A stretch of DNA of 64,000 nt from a virus. Positions within the stretch are counted from its first letter, which is position 1; each line of letters starts with the position of its first letter. Position numbers and translations under genes: made by a program. Below, one piece after another: positions 43,906-51,654 of the stretch. A model generated the notes under the pieces. It searched no databases. It saw only the letters and a list, made by a program, of their open reading frames with translations, and was not told the origin of the DNA. The DNA lies in the IMG/VR virus record IMGVR_UViG_3300045988_103846. One strand, written 5' to 3'.

Positions 43906-44276
43906 TGGGATTCATAGACTCGTGCAAAGGGGTGTTCCTCTCTTCTTTTCAAATATGTAAGCTCAAGAAGTTCAACCGAAACTACAGGAGATATGAGATC
44001 TTGGACATATACCGACATCTAGTGGACTCAATAAAGTGGGCTATGATGAATCGGGACTACGTATGTCTGATCCCGTACAAGGGTAATCAGTGGTACATCA
44101 CTTCTAGTGACAAGAGGATAATAGTTGATCCCGGGTTCACAGGTCATGAAGACACTATGAAAGCAGCTATCAGGTTGTTCTACATCAAGCAAGGTAAAAT
44201 GTTTGTTCCTGGCTCTTCTAAGCTACCTATATTCAATATCATAAACGTCACCTATTCTAATTTCAAGTATGTCTAG
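43905..44276 (+). CDS. hypothetical protein (123 aa)
   Basis: Start overlaps the upstream stop (TAATG). Confidence 0.55.
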   Translation: MGFIDSCKGVFLSSFQICKLKKFNRNYRRYEILDIYRHLVDSIKWAMMNRDYVCLIPYKGNQWYITSSDKRIIVDPGFTGHEDTMKAAIRLFYIKQGKMFVPGSSKLPIFNIINVTYSNFKYV

Positions 44277-45102
44277 AGTATTCAATTTCCAGAACCAGTC
44301 CAATCCCTATGGCACTGTGTTTCTCAATTTCTTAGACCGAAGCGGCAATGTAAATGTGCAAGCCATTCGCAATGATGGGGAAGATACTGATGAAGTAGAT
44401 ATATCCTACTTATTCAGATGCAAGAATCCAAAGATCTCTTATCCCTACGGGGGAGGCATCCACTTCTGCAACTACCACTTGAAGTCTAAGTCTCCAGATA
44501 TGATGGTATTTGAACTAAATCAGAAAGAGGTCACCTATCAGGGCAAGACTTATCTCATGTACGACTACCCATCAGCAGCTTTTGTCACTGCAATGCAGAA
44601 CAATCGAATGGGCCTGGTATGTGTCTCTTCTATCATGGTTCATCGCAAGGGAGTAGTAGATCTGTACAGGTTCGGGAATATTCAAGCTCCGAACATCCCT
44701 CTGGTTATGTCTTCTGAGACCGATGACACTGTTCAGGGTCAGGCTCCGTACAACTTCCGCATCATCTTCAATGAAGAATCCTTTAACAAGATGCCTGACA
44801 ACCTGGTCAACTACTTTCTCAATCCAGAGAATTCTCTCATAGTAGAGAGGGTGAACACAGACTCGGTGTTCGGCAATTCCTTTAGGCCTGTAGTAGCATT
44901 CTACCCAGCTTTTGGCAAGGGAGACGGAGACTATATGTCTTTCCATGTAGTCACGGGAGAAGAAGTCTTTGCTCTGGACCTGGATCCAAGAGCAGAGAAC
45001 CTCTGTTCTGGTGTCTCTATATCATCTGCTTATTCTGATGAGCAAGTGATCTCTGAAGAGAGTATCTCTAAGGCTAGACCTTACGATGTCTTAATTGGTT
45101 AG
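44269..45102 (+). CDS. hypothetical protein (277 aa)
   Basis: Overlaps the upstream gene by 8 nt. No motif recognised. Confidence 0.6.
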   Translation: MSRVFNFQNQSNPYGTVFLNFLDRSGNVNVQAIRNDGEDTDEVDISYLFRCKNPKISYPYGGGIHFCNYHLKSKSPDMMVFELNQKEVTYQGKTYLMYDYPSAAFVTAMQNNRMGLVCVSSIMVHRKGVVDLYRFGNIQAPNIPLVMSSETDDTVQGQAPYNFRIIFNEESFNKMPDNLVNYFLNPENSLIVERVNTDSVFGNSFRPVVAFYPAFGKGDGDYMSFHVVTGEEVFALDLDPRAENLCSGVSISSAYSDEQVISEESISKARPYDVLIG

Positions 45103-45352
45103 AGCTATGGAAGAGGCTAAATCGAGACCCTTTGAGAGAGAAGCATACGCTTATGCTAGTTCACTTAAGACTAACTCTGTAAGAGTAATGTGCAGATTAG
45201 CCTTCATGGCAGGAGCTAGATTAGCTGCACAAAGGGGAGCTGCTTGGGTCCAGCAGTATGGTCCTAATCTTTCTCACATGAACCTTTCTGATATACAGAT
45301 CAGGGAGCTCTTTTTGGAGTCCATATCTGATTTCAAGTCTCATGAAGAGTAA
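45095..45352 (+). CDS. hypothetical protein (85 aa)
   Basis: Overlaps the upstream gene by 8 nt. Last gene of the plus-strand operon. Confidence 0.5.
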   Translation: MVRAMEEAKSRPFEREAYAYASSLKTNSVRVMCRLAFMAGARLAAQRGAAWVQQYGPNLSHMNLSDIQIRELFLESISDFKSHEE

Positions 45353-45757
45353 AGAAGATTCAGAGGGATCCTGGATATCCAGTTGGGCAATGAATAAAAG
45401 TCATCGGGACTGGATAGAATTTCTCAGGGTATGGGGCATTCTTAGGGGGTCCAAGTGATTCTTTAGATATATTGCTAAGGGTTTACTAGTAAAAATATTT
45501 ATTCTATTCTGGGAGGTCCTCTGGGCTTCCCTTTCTTGTTGAATAAGGAACAGGGTTTATAGGGCCCATTACCATTGGGTAGCGGAGAGATGTGGTAATA
45601 TTCTAACTTCGGGTCTAAGTCTCTAGAGGATGTGGTATAAAGCTTCTTTGTGTGTTAGTCGGTGTTCAGCGGGTCCGTATAGCTCGTCGGAGGTCAGGTA
45701 GCCCATTACTATAAGTGCCTAAACACCAGGCAGTTAGAGGGGGGGACGGTTCCCCAT

Positions 45758-45786
45758 AAATGAAAAATCCCCTATAAAAATAGGGG
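45758..45786 (-). terminator. rho-independent terminator (weakly bidirectional) ending the AT-rich island operon
   Basis: The minus strand reads CCCCTAT tttt ATAGGGG followed by ATTTTTCATTT. It lies 29 nt past the stop at 45815. Confidence 0.7.
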
Positions 45787-45814
45787 GACTTCTTTATGAA
45801 ACATTTTGAAACTT

Positions 45815-46168
45815 TTAGGCGTTGCCATCTATCATTTCATCAGAGAATAACTCCTCAAAAGGGGAAAAAGTTATTTCGCTTTCCCACGTTTCAAAAAATG
45901 TTTCAAAGTTTTCATTTTTCAAAAAATGTTTCATAGTTTCTTCTGTTTCATTTGGGTATAAAGTTTCAAAATTGGATTTCATTTTCATACCCATAAAGAA
46001 AGCATATCGGGCAAGTCTTGCAATATATTGACTTAAAGCATTTTCTTTGTTGTCAACTGAAAAATACCAAAAGTATAAAGCAATTTTTCCGATTTCAGAA
46101 TCTGAAACATTTTTCAGAGAAGTAATTACATCTGAAATTAGTTCAACATCAAATTTTTTTATTTTCAT
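45815..46168 (-). CDS. hypothetical protein, AT-rich island
   Basis: Start moved to the ATG at 46168 (MKIKKFDVELISD...). F/E/N/K-rich. Confidence 0.5.
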   Translation of the reverse strand: MKIKKFDVELISDVITSLKNVSDSEIGKIALYFWYFSVDNKENALSQYIARLARYAFFMGMKMKSNFETLYPNETEETMKHFLKNENFETFFETWESEITFSPFEELFSDEMIDGNA

Positions 46169-46430
46169 TTTTCTTTCGGTTTTGGATTTGAAACATTTGA
46201 AACTTTTGAGTTGAAACATTCAGAATCTCTTTGTAATGCTTTTTAATTAATTTATTCAAGCATTTTTGTATAGTTATATCTCTAACCCTATTTTCTTCAA
46301 GTTCCTTTTTTAATTCGGGAGTCTCGAAAAAATCGTCAGAATATACCAACCCTTTGAAAAAAGATACTGAAATTAACGTATCAAGAAAATTTTCAAATTC
46401 TTGATAATTTTCAAATTTTGGAATTACCAT
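46149..46430 (-). CDS. hypothetical protein, AT-rich island
   Basis: The track's start is a TTG inside a hairpin. The first ATG is at 46430 (MVIPKFENYQEF...). Confidence 0.5.
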   Translation of the reverse strand: MVIPKFENYQEFENFLDTLISVSFFKGLVYSDDFFETPELKKELEENRVRDITIQKCLNKLIKKHYKEILNVSTQKFQMFQIQNRKKNENKKI

Positions 46431-46445
46431 GGGAAAAAAGTTTAT

Positions 46446-46480
46446 AAAGGGGTTGCGCAACCCTTTGCAACCCCTTTTTT
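46446..46480. terminator. strong hairpin with flanking A/T runs (bidirectional terminator/attenuator) inside the AT-rich island
   Basis: AAAGGGGTTGC (46446-46456) pairs with GCAACCCCTTT (46467-46477). It is followed by more T on the plus strand and preceded by A-runs. It sits between the stop at 46484 and the ATG at 46430. Confidence 0.55.
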
Positions 46481-46483
46481 ACC

Positions 46484-46864
46484 TTACTTTGTTGTCGTCA
46501 ACTCTTTGCGGAGAATTTGGGTAAATGTGGCTAAATCTGCCAATTTGTCCGTACTCGTATTGCTTTCGTACACCGTGAAAATATCCTTGTAAATTCCCGT
46601 TGCATACTCTTTCCAAGTTTGGCACAAACTTTTACGCTTTTCTTCGTTTTTTGTTGAAAGCATTTCAGAAACGAAATTGTCGCGATTATTGCGCAATTTT
46701 TTTCGCATGGCTTTTCTTTCCTTTTCAGTTTTTCCCGAAAAGATTTCCAAACAGTAAATAGATTCTTTTCGACTTGCGGAAATTATTCCATTTGACGCTA
46801 ACAAATTAAATTTTGCCGTCATATCCACTTTTGTAGGTGTGGCTACTTTTTTATCATTTGTCAT
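46484..46864 (-). CDS. K-rich protein, family C paralogue 1 (island copy)
   Basis: The first ATG is at 46864 (MTNDKK...). ...KERKAMRKKLRNNRDNFVSEM..KNEEK...WKEYATGIYKDIFTVYESNT aligns with 52457..52900 (...KKAKRRELRHTLASYVSKY..KNKDDK...WTSYAKETYRDINKLFESNT). Confidence 0.6.
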   Translation of the reverse strand: MTNDKKVATPTKVDMTAKFNLLASNGIISASRKESIYCLEIFSGKTEKERKAMRKKLRNNRDNFVSEMLSTKNEEKRKSLCQTWKEYATGIYKDIFTVYESNTSTDKLADLATFTQILRKELTTTK

Positions 46865-46920
46865 ATTATTAATTTTTAGCAAAATGACAGGTAATTTCTT
46901 ACAACTTTTTTAAGTCTTTT

Positions 46921-46960
46921 ATAAGTAGGTTAAAATTACCTAATTAAAAAACCTACTTAT
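46921..46960. repeat. 11-bp perfect inverted repeat upstream of the island operon
   Basis: ATAAGTAGGTT (46921-46931) ... AACCTACTTAT (46950-46960), with an 18-nt spacer. Confidence 0.85.
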
Positions 46961-47633
46961 ATAATGACAATGTAGCCGATATATAGGGTTACTTTTAGAC
47001 AATACGCCTAATTTCACGTATGGTATATTATACCCTTATAATAACATATTTTTCAAACTTGTCAAAGAACTTTTCAACCCCCTCAACCTTACGACGACAA
47101 AGATATGGCGACTTTTTATTTCTTGCAAATTTTCTGATTAATTTTATCAAAATTTGAAGTTAATAGCCCTTACAGATATTTCTAAAGCATTATTTTTTTA
47201 GCCGACTTTCAAATTTGATACGCAAAATCTAAAACCATTTAATATAAAAATCGTTTTAAGAGTATAAAATATTTTATAAACACCATTTGTTTTTTGTTTA
47301 ATAAAATTTTACTAAATATTTTATAATATTTTAATAAAAAGTTTAATTTGGAAAAGTTCCGAATTTGGAATGACTATAATTTTTGGGAGGGACAAAAGTT
47401 GGCCGGGGTGCGTTGAGTTGGTGGTCCCAGCCGTGTATGTATTCTACGTCTGTGGCCATGTTACCAGTCCTAAAGTTGGACGGTATGTGCATGACGTAAT
47501 GAAATATGGCCATTGTAGCGCAGTAATGTATACTTATGCTATGGCCATGTTACCCGGTACGTATGGTAATATTACTCTAGTAATGAGTTAGATGGCTTCT
47601 GAAAGCGCTATGGGAATCTTACCTGTGGGAATC

Positions 47634-47830
47634 AGATAGCGAATTAGCCAAATAGTGTCAGATAGGCCTTTAGGCCATATAAGATAGCGCTATAGATAGC
47701 CATTTATGCTAAACCTATTTTTAACCTCTACAAAGGGCCTCTTAGAGGTACGTAGAGAATGTTGCTATAAGCGCGTAAAGAAAAGGCCCTATGTGTAGTA
47801 GGGCCTAGATAGCTAGTTAGCGAATTAGCC
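47634..47830. repeat. iteron-like short direct repeats (AGATAGC x4, plus one AGATAGG variant at 47660-47666; TAGCGAATTAGCC x2)
   Basis: AGATAGC at 47634, 47682, 47694 and 47807. TAGCGAATTAGCC at 47637-47649 and 47818-47830. TGGCCATGTTACC occurs at 47452 and 47542, just upstream. Confidence 0.8.
47771..47806 (-). terminator. rho-independent terminator after the A1-B1 cassette
   Basis: The minus strand reads AGGCCCTA ctacaca TAGGGCCT followed by TTTCTTTAC. Confidence 0.7.
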
Positions 47831-47832
47831 TG

Positions 47833-48204
47833 TTAGCATTCCAGTTGGAATATGGCCAGATGGACCTCCCGTAGGGTGTAACAGTCTATGAATAGGTTGT
47901 CATCGTCCAGTAGTTCCCGTATTCCTTTGACCGTTCGGTAAAAGTCCCCACTGGTTTCAGTGTTGATCTTGAAGGCAAAGCCCCAGAGGGAATCGTCGTT
48001 ATCCTGAGTAGTTTCCAGATGGATATCCAGGATCTGGATATCGGTCCTGTTCAGTAGATCTGGATCCCCATATTGAAGGAGAAGATCGAAGTAACCAGGG
48101 TCTTCTGTATCTCCCGTGTAGATGTGACCTTCGCAAGTTTTGTTCTGTTCCAGGTATTTGCCGATTGTGATGAGCTGTTCCGAGAATGTTGCATTTGTTT
48201 TCAT
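47833..48204 (-). CDS. acidic small protein, family B paralogue 1 (123 aa)
   Basis: Start at the ATG at 48204 (MKTNATF...). Shares EDPGYFDLLLQ..DP, IQILDIHL, LLDDD and the terminal QLEC with 50676..51074 (ENPGYFDGLLQ..DP, IQILDIHL, LLDDD, QVEC). Confidence 0.65.
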   Translation of the reverse strand: MKTNATFSEQLITIGKYLEQNKTCEGHIYTGDTEDPGYFDLLLQYGDPDLLNRTDIQILDIHLETTQDNDDSLWGFAFKINTETSGDFYRTVKGIRELLDDDNLFIDCYTLREVHLAIFQLEC

Positions 48205-48239
48205 GATATGTATTGTTTTTAGAGGGCCCTTGGTTTGAC

Positions 48240-48800
48240 TTAGAGAATGATGCAAGGTGCATATTCGTTGAAGTTGCTGTTGAGCCCCGTTTCCCAGTTA
48301 GTTATCGTTGTATCGATTTGGGCATACTTTGGGATCAGGTTGTCGTAGAGTTCCGTCCAGGTTTTGAGTGGAAGTTCCTGTAGAGCTTTCTGAATGGTAG
48401 CATTGTTGGAGTTTGTTAGTGCCTTAAGCATAGAGAAGAAAGCATCGATTCCGTTAGGGATATAGTCGAAGCATTCGTTATCTGTGAATGCAGTGAGAAT
48501 CCCCCTGATGAGATTTGCGAAGGCTTCTGTGATGAAGAGTTCCAGTGTTCCTGTGTAACCATCCTTGGTATTGATGGAGTAGACCCTGAAGTTTTCGAGG
48601 GAGTAGTCTTCCAGTAACCTTTGAACTGTTTCAGTTCCGATTTGGGTTTTGAGAGCATCCAGATTGGCATCATTCGCCAGTCTGATAGAGTTGAACTGAG
48701 TAACCATTGGATCGAAATCCTGATTGTTGCAGTTGATCTGCATGAATGTAACTTGTTGCATAACGTTTGTGTGTTTTGAGTTGTTGTTAGTATGTTGCAT
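48240..48800 (-). CDS. acidic small protein, family A paralogue 1 (186 aa)
   Basis: MQHTNNN... N-terminus, then FMQINCNNQDFDP, LRVY-type strand and ECFDYIPNGIDAFFSML...W..LYDN. Aligns with four other ORFs. Confidence 0.7.
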   Translation of the reverse strand: MQHTNNNSKHTNVMQQVTFMQINCNNQDFDPMVTQFNSIRLANDANLDALKTQIGTETVQRLLEDYSLENFRVYSINTKDGYTGTLELFITEAFANLIRGILTAFTDNECFDYIPNGIDAFFSMLKALTNSNNATIQKALQELPLKTWTELYDNLIPKYAQIDTTITNWETGLNSNFNEYAPCIIL

Positions 48801-48856
48801 ATTGCATTTAATTTTATTTATGCAAATATAATAATAATATATTGCAATGCAAAAGG
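48801..48856 (-). promoter_or_regulatory. early promoter copy (P1)
   Basis: The minus strand reads CTTTTGCATTGCAATATATTATTATTATATTTGCATAAATAAAATTAAATGCAAT-ATG, i.e. TTTG, a 19-nt spacer, then TATATTTG. Positions 48794-48852 (59 nt) are identical to 51648-51706. Confidence 0.65.
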
Positions 48857-49848
48857 GCCGCCAACAGCTCTACCGGAGCTATTTTTAACCCTATAAAATA
48901 AGCCTCAAAGAGGAAGATTTTAGGGGTACGTAGTGTAATTATATCCTCGGTAAGTTGGGAATTTCTAGGAAAGTTGGGCAATATTACCTCTATGGTAAGT
49001 TTACCTTAGGGTATATTGGTAGGGCCCAAAGGCTTTAGTGGCCTATACAATTCTTACTAAACTTTATTCTAGACCTACCCTATGTAGTTGAGCCCTGGCG
49101 CTCATTTGTTGAGCTAGATGAACAAAGGCCAAAAGGCTCAATCTCCTGGAGCCCTGTGGAGTCCCAGAGTCGCGCTAAACTCACTTTTGAGACTCTCTTA
49201 CTTTTACCATACGTAAATACCTTAAATTAACACGTAGCTTTTTAACCAACAGCATTATATATAGGGGGAAGCTCCTAAAGGCCTTTTTTGACTTCGTGTT
49301 CATTTCCATAGTAACTTAGCTAGCGTTTTGGCTCTTCTACAAAAATTACAAATTTTTCAATTTTAGCTCTCCACGGCTTTCGCTATCTCGTAACAGAGCA
49401 CTTCCGGATCTCCCCGTTCGCGGATGGCCGGTGCCGCCTGACGTCTACCCCATTTGACTAATACTTCCTCCCAATCTGACAAGAAAATTACTAATAAAAA
49501 ATTACCCACAGAATGAACAAAAGAGAAACTGACCAACTACATACTTTGAAAGTGAGAAGGTAAGGAAAGAAAGAAAAGAGTATAGTGTTAATGTATTGTA
49601 TTTCATATAGAGGAGTATAACGTATAGCCCCTTTATGTATATGTATATGTATATAATGTATACGTAGCCTTGTGTTAGTGGCTTTTATATAATTGTTTTG
49701 TTTTTTGGGGTGAGGGGGGTTTTTGGGATATGTGTATACGCCAGAAGAGAGATACCTTTATGGAAGTATCTCTCTTAGTTTTAGGGTTAGAAGTCTTCTG
49801 AATATATTGTAACCCCTAGTTTTAGTCATAGGTTACTGGTGTGCTTCT
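48857..49848. other. about 1 kb with no ORF of 60 aa or more in any frame; hairpins, short repeats, a GC-rich patch
   Basis: The ORF track is empty here. See the findings for the internal structure. Confidence 0.8.
49635..49661. repeat. hexamer tandem repeat (ATGTAT)3 plus one further copy
   Basis: atgtat atgtat atgtat ata atgtat. Confidence 0.85.
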
Positions 49849-50100
49849 TTAGCTAGAGTATTGGAATGAGAAAGCTTGATAGACTATTCCATCGATGTAT
49901 TTGAGATAGACAGTAGCTTGAATGGAATTGTTGAAATAGACGGAGTCTAGAGAATAATAAGAGTCTAGATGGAGCATTCTTAGCCAGGTCTTTATTTGAT
50001 CCTCTAGGAGCAGTAGATTCTTGTTGTAGAAGAATCTTTGGGTTGCTTGTTGGAGAATCCCTAGCCTGTCCTTTATTGATAGTGTGAGATAATGTTTCAT
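49849..50100 (-). CDS. hypothetical small protein (83 aa)
   Basis: ATG ORF, 11 nt after the stop of the upstream family A gene. Confidence 0.5.
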   Translation of the reverse strand: MKHYLTLSIKDRLGILQQATQRFFYNKNLLLLEDQIKTWLRMLHLDSYYSLDSVYFNNSIQATVYLKYIDGIVYQAFSFQYSS

Positions 50101-50111
50101 TATTTGTGTTT

Positions 50112-50609
50112 TTAGAGTTTTACCATCGGTGTGTGAAAGGGAGAGAATTCGTAATTGAGTCCCATGTGCCAGGTTTTAATCTCGTTTGTCTCTAGATCGT
50201 CCCCGTATTTTTGCATTACGGTATTGTATACTGTTGCCCAGATAGGATCATCTGGAGAATACTCCAGAGTCTGGAGAATAGTGAAGAAGTCTTCGATTTG
50301 GGATGGAATGAAGTCTATCCTGTAGTCATCGTTATCATGTTGAGTGATGATTGCATCAATGATTAAGGTAAAGGTTGTAGCCAGCCATTTATCGAAGTCT
50401 ATACATTTGATTGTGTAGACCCTTAGGTCTCCCTCAATGAGAGTATTTTTGATATCTTGGATATCGTCCGGGTTTACTTTGGAGAAGAATGTTTTGAGTT
50501 GTTCTTCGTTTGGTAATGTTACCTCGGCATGACAGTTGGCTTTGGGGTCGAAGTCCCTGTTGCAGCAGTTAAGCTGCATAAAGGTGATGTTGTTGTTTGT
50601 GTGTATCAT
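50112..50609 (-). CDS. acidic small protein, family A paralogue 2 (165 aa)
   Basis: MIHTNNNITFMQLNCCNRDFDP...LRVYTI...IDFIPSQIEDFFTIL... Confidence 0.7.
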   Translation of the reverse strand: MIHTNNNITFMQLNCCNRDFDPKANCHAEVTLPNEEQLKTFFSKVNPDDIQDIKNTLIEGDLRVYTIKCIDFDKWLATTFTLIIDAIITQHDNDDYRIDFIPSQIEDFFTILQTLEYSPDDPIWATVYNTVMQKYGDDLETNEIKTWHMGLNYEFSPFHTPMVKL

Positions 50610-50675
50610 AATGTTTTATTTTTGGTGTTTTTTGGGAGGGGGCTAGAGGGATTGGGACTAGCCCCCTGGTATATA

Positions 50676-51074
50676 TTAGCATTCGACTTGGATTATGATA
50701 TATCCTGAGTCTAGCAAGACTCTGTGATCTATTGCAACTGAGTCATCGTCCAGGAGATCTCTTAGACTATAGAGGTAGTCTGGTATCAAGTCTGGATCAT
50801 TTGTTGGATTCGGGATGTAGAATGCAAATGACCAGCAGCTTGAGTATGGTGGATTTGGATATGTTGGGATATCCAGGTGGATGTCCAGAATCTGGATATG
50901 GTCATCGTCCAGGATATTGAGTTCAGGTATATCCGGGTTGTAGGGGTCTTGGAATTGGAGTAGTCCGTCGAAATAGCCCGGGTTCTCTGAGTCAAAGGTG
51001 ATGATTGTGCATTCTGGGTGTTGTGCTTGTAATTCGATTCCCCAGTCTTTGAGTTGTTTTCTGAGTGTTTTCAT
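50676..51074 (-). CDS. acidic small protein, family B paralogue 2 (132 aa)
   Basis: See 47833..48204. By hand count about 24 D/E versus 6 K/R. Confidence 0.65.
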   Translation of the reverse strand: MKTLRKQLKDWGIELQAQHPECTIITFDSENPGYFDGLLQFQDPYNPDIPELNILDDDHIQILDIHLDIPTYPNPPYSSCWSFAFYIPNPTNDPDLIPDYLYSLRDLLDDDSVAIDHRVLLDSGYIIIQVEC

Positions 51075-51123
51075 GATTTATTGAGTTTTGTGGAGCCCTT
51101 TGTTAGAGGGCTCCGAGTTTGAC

Positions 51124-51654
51124 TTAGATAATGATAGCAGGGAAATCGAATTCAGCTTTGAGCAGTGATTCCCATGTTGGAAGGTCCGTGTCGATGTAGC
51201 GATAAGTCCCTCTGCCTGGGTGACCGAATGTTTCCATATAGGCATCGTAGAGTTTCCCGTAGAGATCCAGATTTATTTGAGGGATATACTGGATTTGGGA
51301 TTGGATCAGCACCTGCAGTATTGATGAGAATTCATAGATTCCGCATGGGATATCGTCGAAGCAGGTATCGTCCCCTGAGGCAGTGAGCAGATCGTGCATG
51401 AGATTGGAGAAGACTTCGTTGAGGAAGTTTTCCAGTGTGAAGGAGAATTCGAGATGAATGGTGTAAAGGTGGAATTCCTCGATTTCGCAGTCAGCAGGCA
51501 AGAATTTGTCTGGGGTGTTGACCCGTTCCTTGTAGAGATGGAAGAGTTCCGGGGTGAGTTCCTCTGATTGAGAGTATTTGGTATTGAACCAATGGGTTTC
51601 GCCCGTGTAGTTATGGGCAATGAGTTTGATTGTGTTTTTGTTTGTGTGTTGCAT
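51124..51654 (-). CDS. acidic small protein, family A paralogue 3 (176 aa)
   Basis: MQHTNKN...FHLYTI...TCFDDIPCGIYEFSSIL...LYDAYM... Confidence 0.7.
   Translation of the reverse strand: MQHTNKNTIKLIAHNYTGETHWFNTKYSQSEELTPELFHLYKERVNTPDKFLPADCEIEEFHLYTIHLEFSFTLENFLNEVFSNLMHDLLTASGDDTCFDDIPCGIYEFSSILQVLIQSQIQYIPQINLDLYGKLYDAYMETFGHPGRGTYRYIDTDLPTWESLLKAEFDFPAIII

Noticed and set aside
47370-47890. A plus-strand reading frame starting at ORF 47370..47591 continues for about 170 codons. Its only stops are eight TAG codons, with no TAA or TGA, which hints at TAG recoding as seen in some gut phages.
   Set aside because: - The translated sequence is not protein-like.
- The in-frame TAGs mostly come from the AGATAG repeat units, whose spacing happens to be a multiple of 3.
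- The frame runs antisense into a good minus-strand gene.
- TAG is used as a genuine stop elsewhere (for example at 28428 and 61524).
- The long structural genes are intact in the standard code.
- No suppressor tRNA was seen.

A codon-reassignment test on the complete genome would settle it.
49395-49450. The GC-rich patch, considered as a tRNA fragment or attP core indicating an integration site.
   Set aside because: No integrase is present in the window and there is no cloverleaf-compatible pairing. It contains only a 3-bp stem with a UUCG loop. It is reported only as part of the ORF-free region.
49703-49727. G-quadruplex from TTTTGGGGTGAGGGGGGTTTTTGGG.
   Set aside because: There are only three separate G-runs. 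A four-run G4 would require splitting the G6 run without a loop. It is noted descriptively but not claimed.
45353-49848. tRNA genes or a CRISPR array in the ORF-poor zone.
   Set aside because: - Scanning both strands by eye found no GTTCRA-type T-loop flanked by a 5-bp stem, and no acceptor or D-arm pattern. The TAGCTCGTCGG segment at about 45690 does not fold into a cloverleaf.
- The repeats are 7-13-mers at irregular spacing, not 25-40-nt repeats with unique spacers.

tRNAscan-SE, ARAGORN and a CRISPR finder should confirm this.
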